This document shows, piece after piece, positions 57,101 through 64,000 of a DNA stretch of 64,000 nucleotides; within the stretch, counting starts at the first letter, position 1, and every line of letters begins with the position of its first letter. The stretch spans positions 118,687-182,686 of the forward strand of contig CAYLPP010000001.1 in NCBI GenBank assembly GCA_964385615.1, read 5' to 3'. Source of the stretch: an uncultured bacterium (GTDB lineage: Bacteria > Omnitrophota > Omnitrophia > Omnitrophales > Aquincolibacteriaceae). The notes beneath the pieces were generated by a model. That model saw nothing but the letters and a program-made list of their open reading frames with translations, was not told the DNA's origin and did not search any database. The position numbers and the translations under genes were made by a program.

Positions 57101-59412
57101 CAGCTTGTCGCCTCAATTCTCAGGCTCCCGCCCGAATCTCCCAGCCCTTCTTCATACGCCGGGAGCGTAATGGTGAAGGTCGTGCCTTCGCCCACTTTAC
57201 TGCGCACACGGATATCGCCTCCGTGCAGTTCAATAATGTACTTACACATATAAAGCCCCATGCCGGAACCACGGCCGGGCGGTTTGGTCGTAAACCCATA
57301 GTTGAAAATTTTCTTCATGACTTCTTCGGTCATACCACAGCCGTTATCCGTGAAATGCACGGCCACGTTGTGCTGGTTTTCAGGGTCCATTTCCGCCGTG
57401 ACCCGAATGCGCCGGTTGCGCTTGCCCATCATGGCGTGATACGCGTTGATGAACAGGTTGAGGAAAACTTCCTGCAGGCGCTCCAGATCCCCGCGAATCA
57501 GGGGCACATTGCCCGGGATATCGAAATCGACTTCCGTGCCCGTGAGATTGTCGAGATAGGTTTGAAACTGCACCAGCGGAAGGGTTTCTTCCAGGATCAG
57601 TTTGAGCGACAAGGGTTCGAACTTTCCTTTTTCCGAGCGTTTCAAAAGACCTGTCAAAGTGTTCACGACGGCTTTGATACGGCCGATATTCTGCTCCATC
57701 TTCTGGAACAGCTCGAGAATCTCGCCCACGCGCAAGTCAGGGTTTTTCCGGTATTTCAGAATCGCGCGCGAAACATTCATGGAAAGAATCGTAAGCGGGT
57801 TGTTGACTTCATGGCCGACGGAAGCCGCCAAACGGCCGAGCGTGGCCATTTTCTGCTCATGGATCAGCTGAGCCTGGGTGTCTTGCAGTTGTTTGTTGGC
57901 AACTTCGGTTTCACGCAAAGCTTTCATCAGCAGATTGCGTGAATATTCCAACTGCTCGTTGATTTTTTCAAGCTGGCTGGACTTTTTAAGCGCTTCATCG
58001 AAAAGCTTGGCGTTTTCGATAGCGATGGCGGATTCCTGCGCCAGCGTGAAAAGCACGTTTAAATCTTCGCTGGTGTAATAATCGCCCGATTTTTTCTCGC
58101 CGATCAAAAGAATGTTTTGAAGCTCATGCCCCAGAAAACTGGGAACCGCGCAGGTCGTGGAAAGCTCTTGCATTGTGAGCAGAATCGCCTGAAAGTCATA
58201 CTCATGGGGCTGTTCCCCTTTGATCTTTTTCTTGTTGCCCGCTTCCATATATTCGCGGATATGCTCCACATCCACCGCTTCTTTTTCACGCATGAGGTAG
58301 CGAATCATGGGGTTGGTGTCATCCAACCGGTATTCCAGAAAATTCTTGTCGAACCCGCGCTGAAAACTGAGCTCAAATTCACGGTCACGCCGGCGCATCA
58401 AAATCGCGGCGTTTTTTACCCGCATTCTCATGGTAATGAAATGAATGACCAGGCCCAACAGCTTATGCAGACTTTCAATCTTCGACATTCCCCGCGAAGC
58501 ATCTTTGAGCAATTCCTGATAGTTATACTTTTTCTGGAAGAGGTATTTGTCGGTAAGATTAACCAAAAAATTACGAATTGAGTCATATCCTAAAACGATA
58601 ACTATAAGACTTAATGCAAAGGCCCATGTCTTACCCAAACCAATTCTAGACAATCCCTCCTGAACTATAAAGGTCGCTGTAGTAAATACAGAAAAAACAA
58701 ATGCAAGTAATCCAGCAAAAACCAGTGTCCGCTTGATGATTACATCAATACCTAATAATTGATGTCTAAAAATGGCATAACCCAAGATAATGGTGTAGAT
58801 GGCGATACCCGAATTTAGATAGGGAGGAAAATTAATATTGTACCAAACGAGCCAATTTGTGGCACCACCCGCATAAGCAATAAGAGTCGCCCAAAAAATC
58901 CATTGATATTGCTTTTTTAATTTATCCGAAGATCGCAAGACACCCCATGCGTATAAAATATAAAAGCAAAAAATAACCTGGAGAAACCACCAGATAATGT
59001 AAACATGAAAAGTAGGCGCGGGGACCGGCCACAAACCGTAGGAATATTTTGTTATCCAGGAGCCATAAAACAATCCAAAAGCGGCAAAAGCAAAGAAGGA
59101 GTTGATTCCATGCACCAGAAGAATCAATTTCTCAAATTTCTTTTCAACTCTTAACACAGAAAAGCTGAACTGAACAAATGCACTATTAATAAGAACCACA
59201 CCCACAATGCAAAGCTTGAAAAACAATTTCCCCATCTCGACATCAGATGAGCTTTGCCAAAGAAAATAGAAAAAAGCATAAAACGAAATGCAATAATCGA
59301 ATGCGCAATAAGAAATATTTACAGGATTTTTTCTGCTTTTAACAAGCAAAAAAGTCCCAATAGAAACACAGGTAAAAAAGTTAATAAGGCTAATTAAACC
59401 AAATATTGTCAC
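57100..59412 (-). CDS. Sensor histidine kinase with N-terminal 7TM sensor domain, central GAF-like region, HisKA and HATPase
   Basis: H-box SVGHEVNNPL; N/G boxes NLFINAYHAM, TDNGCGM, GSGMGLYMC. Seven hydrophobic helices in the first approximately 290 aa. The N-terminal third is markedly AT-rich (see findings). Confidence 0.85.
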   Translation of the reverse strand: MTIFGLISLINFFTCVSIGTFLLVKSRKNPVNISYCAFDYCISFYAFFYFLWQSSSDVEMGKLFFKLCIVGVVLINSAFVQFSFSVLRVEKKFEKLILLVHGINSFFAFAAFGLFYGSWITKYSYGLWPVPAPTFHVYIIWWFLQVIFCFYILYAWGVLRSSDKLKKQYQWIFWATLIAYAGGATNWLVWYNINFPPYLNSGIAIYTIILGYAIFRHQLLGIDVIIKRTLVFAGLLAFVFSVFTTATFIVQEGLSRIGLGKTWAFALSLIVIVLGYDSIRNFLVNLTDKYLFQKKYNYQELLKDASRGMSKIESLHKLLGLVIHFITMRMRVKNAAILMRRRDREFELSFQRGFDKNFLEYRLDDTNPMIRYLMREKEAVDVEHIREYMEAGNKKKIKGEQPHEYDFQAILLTMQELSTTCAVPSFLGHELQNILLIGEKKSGDYYTSEDLNVLFTLAQESAIAIENAKLFDEALKKSSQLEKINEQLEYSRNLLMKALRETEVANKQLQDTQAQLIHEQKMATLGRLAASVGHEVNNPLTILSMNVSRAILKYRKNPDLRVGEILELFQKMEQNIGRIKAVVNTLTGLLKRSEKGKFEPLSLKLILEETLPLVQFQTYLDNLTGTEVDFDIPGNVPLIRGDLERLQEVFLNLFINAYHAMMGKRNRRIRVTAEMDPENQHNVAVHFTDNGCGMTEEVMKKIFNYGFTTKPPGRGSGMGLYMCKYIIELHGGDIRVRSKVGEGTTFTITLPAYEEGLGDSGGSLRIEATS

Positions 59413-59427
59413 GGGTTATCTTCGAAC

Positions 59428-60249
59428 CTATTTTCTCGCATAGCAAACATTGTTCATGTGCCATTTATCTCGATAAATAAATACGTCTTTAAACCCGAAA
59501 GACGCTAGCAATGAACGCCAGAAGTCGGGTTTTCGGTAGTATAAGATCCATTTTTCTCCTTTTGAAGTTGCCATAGCTTTTCTCATTAATTTTTTGGAAT
59601 TAATTTTTTCATACGATGTAAAAATCAAAACCCCATCAGCTTCAAGGGAGTCAAAAATCTCTTTCATAAACCCCTCAACGATCTCATTATTAAAATATAT
59701 AAAAAATCCTGACGCTATGACAACTTGAGGCCTCCAATTCCTTTTAACGGAAAACTCTCGAAGTTTCTTTAAACCAAATGCATCCGCTCTTAGAAATCGA
59801 ATATTTTTTATATTTTCCTGTTTAATTACTTTGCGCCCCCAACTGACACAATCGCGTGATTTGTCGACGCAAATAGACTCAACAATCCCAGAATTATGCT
59901 CATTCCTAAACTCCCGCAAATATCTAGCTCCGCCAGAGGCTAAGTCTAAAACTCTTGTGGTTTTACCTAACAGCTTATTATTCTCGATTTCATTCCACAA
60001 AATGGATTTTATTTCATCTTTTCGATTTCTCGTGGCTTGGACGGCGGGCAGATTAAGCAACATCCGATCGATATATTTTCCAATAATTAGCTTACCTTGA
60101 GCTTTATTATTATAAATATGCTCAAAATTTATTCCGTTCTCAGCCCCCGTAACAACGAAACCATACCCCAAACGAGATAGCTTTAGGGCGTTTTTAACCA
60201 GAACCTTATAAAAAAAATCGTCAACGCCAACAGCAATTTTTTTTAACAT
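59428..60249 (-). CDS. Class I SAM-dependent methyltransferase
   Basis: Motif I VLDLASGGARYL and post-I acidic VDKSRD. 273 aa. Confidence 0.7.
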   Translation of the reverse strand: MLKKIAVGVDDFFYKVLVKNALKLSRLGYGFVVTGAENGINFEHIYNNKAQGKLIIGKYIDRMLLNLPAVQATRNRKDEIKSILWNEIENNKLLGKTTRVLDLASGGARYLREFRNEHNSGIVESICVDKSRDCVSWGRKVIKQENIKNIRFLRADAFGLKKLREFSVKRNWRPQVVIASGFFIYFNNEIVEGFMKEIFDSLEADGVLIFTSYEKINSKKLMRKAMATSKGEKWILYYRKPDFWRSLLASFGFKDVFIYRDKWHMNNVCYARK

Positions 60250-61136
60250 TTCTCACTATTCTCAAAATTTCGCTTGTAAAGACTGTCTATAAATCCTAGA
60301 GTTTCCGCCTGAATAAGGTTCCAATTGTCATTCTGGAAATGATCTTTCGAATTTGTTATCACCAGCTTAGCTTCCACTTGGCCTTTGACTAAATCATAAA
60401 GAGCGTCGGTTTTAATTGGGGACATAACTTCATCCTCAAGACCACGAAAAAGAATCATAGGAACATTCAACTTTTTTGCATGCTCTAAAATATCTGGAGA
60501 AAATGCTATCTCTGAGAAAAATTCGCCCCAATTTTCAGACTTTAGCATCCCATATCTGTGAGCTACGCTCAACTCTCCTTCCGAAATTTCATTATTAATA
60601 AAACGATCTAAATCCCGGAGAGAATCCATAAATCCGTTTATTACTTCGGGCAAAACTCCTTTGGTCTTAAAAAAATCTTTAACCGGAACATTGTATCCGC
60701 TTTCGAACCAATATTTAAAAGAGTCTAAGAGTCTGGTAACAATTGTTATTAAACTTAACGATGTAATTTTAGGATTCTTAATTGAGGCAAGAGCGCTTAT
60801 TAATGCACCGGTACTATGCCCCATAGCGCAAATGTTTTGAGGGTATTCAGCCCCATGATCGTTGTGCAATTTTTCTACTAATGCGCATAAATCTTCTACC
60901 GACCTTTCCAGCGTCCAGACCCCCTCAGTTCCGGCATGCCCTCTTAAGTCGTACGTGATAACCGCATAATTTTGTTCAGTAAAAATCTCTGTGTTTAACT
61001 TATATTGCCGAGAGCAGTACCCTAATCCATGGGTAAAAATTATCACCCCGCGACAACGGGACATATTTAAAGGTTTATATAGCTTTCCTTTAAGGGTAAC
61101 ATCTAATGATACCCACTCAAATCTTTCAAACCGCAT
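60243..61136 (-). CDS. Alpha/beta hydrolase (lysophospholipase/monoglyceride-lipase-like)
   Basis: IIFTHGLGYCSRQY, nucleophile elbow GHSTGA, and a C-terminal His region (SKDHFQND). Confidence 0.75.
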   Translation of the reverse strand: MRFERFEWVSLDVTLKGKLYKPLNMSRCRGVIIFTHGLGYCSRQYKLNTEIFTEQNYAVITYDLRGHAGTEGVWTLERSVEDLCALVEKLHNDHGAEYPQNICAMGHSTGALISALASIKNPKITSLSLITIVTRLLDSFKYWFESGYNVPVKDFFKTKGVLPEVINGFMDSLRDLDRFINNEISEGELSVAHRYGMLKSENWGEFFSEIAFSPDILEHAKKLNVPMILFRGLEDEVMSPIKTDALYDLVKGQVEAKLVITNSKDHFQNDNWNLIQAETLGFIDSLYKRNFENSEKC

Positions 61137-62487
61137 TAACCGCCCCCGGTTCTTCAGTAATCTTCGCATGGGATTGGATAGAACTTTTGTTCAAAAAATC
61201 TTCCCACTTGTAAGTCACGCCAACAAAAAACTCATGCCCATAGGAAATATAGCTGCCGTCCACAGAGCCCCCAACGTTCTCACTAAGATCGTTATTAATA
61301 TGCCGGCGAAGCCACAAACGCCCGAAATACGCGAAATCAAAACGAAAGTATTGATTGAAGTCATAACTCAAACCGGTACTCAATGCTACGCTGTTCGAGT
61401 CAGGTACTGCCGGAATGTAATGATCGGCCGGTATTGGCGTCCAATAAAATAGCCCACCGCCTCGAATAGTTATTTTATCGTTAAATCTCTTCAGCTTACG
61501 ATTACCCCCCAAATGAAGAGAAAAACCATTATTGTAGTCTTTATCATTTTTCCCTAGCGCCGAAAGAATCGCGTCGTCGGCCGCGCTCACGTGGTCTGCG
61601 TTGATATAGAGCCGCTTATGGCTCGCCCACCGAGTAAACCCAAAATCGGTTTCAATGTTTGTTCTTTCGTTGGGTTTATAGTCATAGGCCCAGGTGAAGT
61701 TAAGGGGTAAATTGATCTTTCCATAACCGCCCGTTTCAAAATTTCCGCTGTTGGTAGAGTTTTCTACTTTAATCAGTCCCTTAAGCAAAATGGTTACAGG
61801 ACTTCTAAAATAAAAGCCAAATTGATGCTTCTCAAAGGGCTTAGCCAAAACACCCATTTGCCATCCCCAACTGTTTCCTGAAAGATTTGCCCGCAATTGC
61901 CCGTCAGGTGTTCCCGCTCCAAAAACAGCCGAATTGGGATAAGCCGTAACATTGCCGAAATCAAAGATCCGATAATAAACAGGCCCGCCGCCGATAGAAA
62001 GCTTCTCATGCAATTTGATAGCAACAACCGGTTTAATTGTGTACATCTTCAGGTAATTAACATAGCCCGTGTAATGTACATACGCTTGATTCGAGTCATA
62101 TTGATTGGCCAAACCGAAGGGAGAATCACTGCCAACACCGATAGCAACTCTATTTTGAAACATACCGGGATTAAGCGTTAGGTACCCCGTAGGAATGCCT
62201 ATAAACTTTTGAGCGCTATAATGAGCGTCATCATTATTTGAATGCCTTGTGAATATATTAATAAAAGTAAAATTCTGCTGGTATTGCACTCCCTTGAGCT
62301 GGGTGATACCCGCTGGGTTATAGGAAATAGCCGCAGGTTCCGTAGCTTGTGCAACTACTGCGTTTGATTCGCCAAGAGACTGAGGACTAAAAGAAGCATT
62401 TTCAAACGCTCCTGAACCCACAGCAAAAACGGTTTGAGGCAGGATAAAAAAGGAGGCAAGAAGGACTAAAATCCAAGACTTTTTCAT
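61126..62487 (-). CDS. FadL/TodX/OmpP1-family outer-membrane hydrophobic-compound channel
   Basis: Signal peptide MKKSWILVLLASFFILPQTVFA, N-terminal hatch with the NPA motif (AISYNPAGITQL), amphipathic beta strands and a C-terminal ...YKWEDF-like aromatic end. Confidence 0.75.
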   Translation of the reverse strand: MKKSWILVLLASFFILPQTVFAVGSGAFENASFSPQSLGESNAVVAQATEPAAISYNPAGITQLKGVQYQQNFTFINIFTRHSNNDDAHYSAQKFIGIPTGYLTLNPGMFQNRVAIGVGSDSPFGLANQYDSNQAYVHYTGYVNYLKMYTIKPVVAIKLHEKLSIGGGPVYYRIFDFGNVTAYPNSAVFGAGTPDGQLRANLSGNSWGWQMGVLAKPFEKHQFGFYFRSPVTILLKGLIKVENSTNSGNFETGGYGKINLPLNFTWAYDYKPNERTNIETDFGFTRWASHKRLYINADHVSAADDAILSALGKNDKDYNNGFSLHLGGNRKLKRFNDKITIRGGGLFYWTPIPADHYIPAVPDSNSVALSTGLSYDFNQYFRFDFAYFGRLWLRRHINNDLSENVGGSVDGSYISYGHEFFVGVTYKWEDFLNKSSIQSHAKITEEPGAVNAV

Positions 62488-62549
62488 TAGAAGTCTCCCA
62501 ATTTTGAGTGTGTTAGCCTCAATAAATATCGGCACTTAGATCAAATTCC

Positions 62550-63965
62550 TCAACAGCTGCGTTTAAACCCTAGTTTAAAGGTAGTACCTTCACCCAATGG
62601 GGAAAAAACGCTGATTTTCCCTTGGTTTTTTTCTATTAATTGCTTGGTAATGTAAAGCCCAAGGCCGGTTCCCTCATCTTTAGTCGTGTAAAAAGGCTCA
62701 AAAACCTGCTTTAAGCGGTTTTTAGGGATCCCCGGCCCGTTATCGGACACTTCCACATAGACTGAGCCATTTTGCTGGGAAGCTGAGATGGAGATTTTGC
62801 CAGGAGCATCGGTTAATTTAATCGCCTGGCAGGCGTTAACAATCAGGTTAAAGAAAATTTCTTCCCCCTGGCGGGCATCAAGGTGGACAGGCGAAAGATC
62901 GTCGGGGACATTTTGAATCAGCTGAATTTTCTCAAGTTCAATCTCATGGCTGACAAGAGGAAGCACACTTTTCAAAATTTCCTGAATTGAGGCCGTAGGC
63001 TTATCGCCCAAAACCTCGCCATTTTGCTTCGCAAAGACCGCGAATCTCCTCATAATATCCATAGCCCGGGAAGAATGCTCCTCAACTTTTCCCATCATTT
63101 CTCTGGCTTTTTCAACCGCTTGCTGGGAGTTGGAATAAACTCCGTCTTGAAGGTTCGCTATAAATGACCCGGCCAATCCGCGAATAACATATAGAGGGTT
63201 ACGGATTTCATGGTTGATACTTGCGGCCAAAGTCCCAATCGCCGCTAATTTGTCTTTTTGCGCCGCTTCGGCAATTTGAACCAGGTCAAAAGCACGGTGG
63301 CGAATCATGGCGTAAGCCAAAAGAATTTGCCAGATCGGCATGACGATAAGATTGTATTGAGGGAAATTAATCCCATACACCGGTAAAAAGGAAAGTGACC
63401 CCGCGGTGAAGCCATAAAGAGAAGCAAAACCAACCAATGTAAAATCCCTTCTCTTTTCAGCCGAAACACCCCGTTTAACCGCAAGATAAAAAACCCAAAA
63501 TGAATACAAAATAATAACTGCAAAAAAAATAGTGAAAGCAACGTAAGCAGGACCCGGGATCGGATAATGACTGATCCCAACCATTTTATGAAACCCCGAA
63601 ACAAAACTCCGGGTTAAAGTAAAAGGTAAAATCGAAAAAGTTATCAACCAGGCGGCGTAAACAACTTTCTGATATTTTTCACGCTGTTCCGTGTAAACAA
63701 TTACAAATTGAAGCCAAGTAGCCGGAATAAACAATGCCATGATCTGAGAAAAAACTCCCCAGGATTCTGCCAGAGAATCAGGAAAAGCATTGTGAAGCAT
63801 AAAAGAACCGCTCACTCCCCACAAAAAAATAAAAAAACTGGAAATAAAGTAGTAAAGTCCAGCGCTATCCTTTCTCTTAAGCATCACAATAAACCCGGTC
63901 AAAAAAGCATTGTAAGCGGTGAGAGAAAGACCGATAGGAATTGCAACGGGATAAAAAAAGTTCAT
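62550..63965 (-). CDS. Sensor histidine kinase with N-terminal 7TM sensor domain (HisKA + HATPase)
   Basis: H-box SINHEIRNPL; NLIVNACQAI, SDNGPGI, GTGLGLYITK. Confidence 0.85.
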   Translation of the reverse strand: MNFFYPVAIPIGLSLTAYNAFLTGFIVMLKRKDSAGLYYFISSFFIFLWGVSGSFMLHNAFPDSLAESWGVFSQIMALFIPATWLQFVIVYTEQREKYQKVVYAAWLITFSILPFTLTRSFVSGFHKMVGISHYPIPGPAYVAFTIFFAVIILYSFWVFYLAVKRGVSAEKRRDFTLVGFASLYGFTAGSLSFLPVYGINFPQYNLIVMPIWQILLAYAMIRHRAFDLVQIAEAAQKDKLAAIGTLAASINHEIRNPLYVIRGLAGSFIANLQDGVYSNSQQAVEKAREMMGKVEEHSSRAMDIMRRFAVFAKQNGEVLGDKPTASIQEILKSVLPLVSHEIELEKIQLIQNVPDDLSPVHLDARQGEEIFFNLIVNACQAIKLTDAPGKISISASQQNGSVYVEVSDNGPGIPKNRLKQVFEPFYTTKDEGTGLGLYITKQLIEKNQGKISVFSPLGEGTTFKLGFKRSC

Positions 63966-64000
63966 CGTTTAAACTCCAAAGAAAAACTAGTCCCGGTCCC

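Noticed and set aside
58500-59412. AT-richness of the kinase N-terminus explained purely by membrane-protein amino-acid bias
   Set aside because: The other polytopic membrane proteins in the window (murJ, pntB, lptG) keep about 50-60% GC, and the adjacent soluble methyltransferase and hydrolase genes are equally AT-rich. Foreign origin is the better explanation, though it is not proven.

Overview
About 64 kb of a compact diderm bacterial chromosome, roughly 50% GC by eye. The lineage cannot be named from sequence alone; the gene content fits an uncultivated Gram-negative phylum (for example an Omnitrophota- or Elusimicrobia-like organism), and that guess is low confidence. Most genes lie on the minus strand, and many neighbours overlap by 1-10 nt.

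In coordinate order the recognisable genes are:
- secA (N-terminal part; the gene runs off the left edge), then prfB with its programmed +1 frameshift, uvrC, murJ, rpsT, and holA-lptE preceded by a 1027-aa signal-peptide TPR/coiled-coil protein.
- cutA, a small winged-helix gene, uvrA, a nadX-panD-panC-folK cluster, and an LL-DAP aminotransferase-like gene.
- A 3-gene block of unknown function.
- recO-ybeY-pgpH(7TM-HD)-phoH, aspS-hisS, an ArsC-family gene, an AMMECR1-family gene, rpsU, a type IV pilin and comFC.
- lptF/G, a cyclophilin, glgC, and an operon of a zinc-ribbon membrane protein, a pseudo-receiver and a small protein, divergent from a PAS histidine kinase.
- A DUF1643-like gene, a 671-aa secreted low-complexity protein, pntAA-pntAB-pntB, an mnmC-like methyltransferase, and two paralogous membrane SGNH-like hydrolases.
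- A tRNA-Thr(UGU)/tRNA-Tyr(GUA) pair, an HDAC-like gene, an aminotransferase, DUF167, rmlC, rmlD, an Xis-HTH/XRE-cupin pair, a membrane GGDEF protein, vanZ-like and a deaminase.
- At the right end, an AT-rich block (about 58.5-62.5 kb) that carries a FadL-like outer-membrane channel, an alpha/beta hydrolase and a SAM methyltransferase between two 7TM histidine kinases and a CheY-like regulator.

There is no rRNA, CRISPR array, transposase or integrase. The items most worth a second look are the AT-rich FadL/hydrolase/methyltransferase sensory block with a compositional break inside a kinase gene, the giant TPR/coiled-coil envelope protein fused into the lptE-holA operon, a REP-like palindrome family, the zinc-ribbon/pseudo-receiver operon, and a 3-gene unknown cassette with its own promoter.
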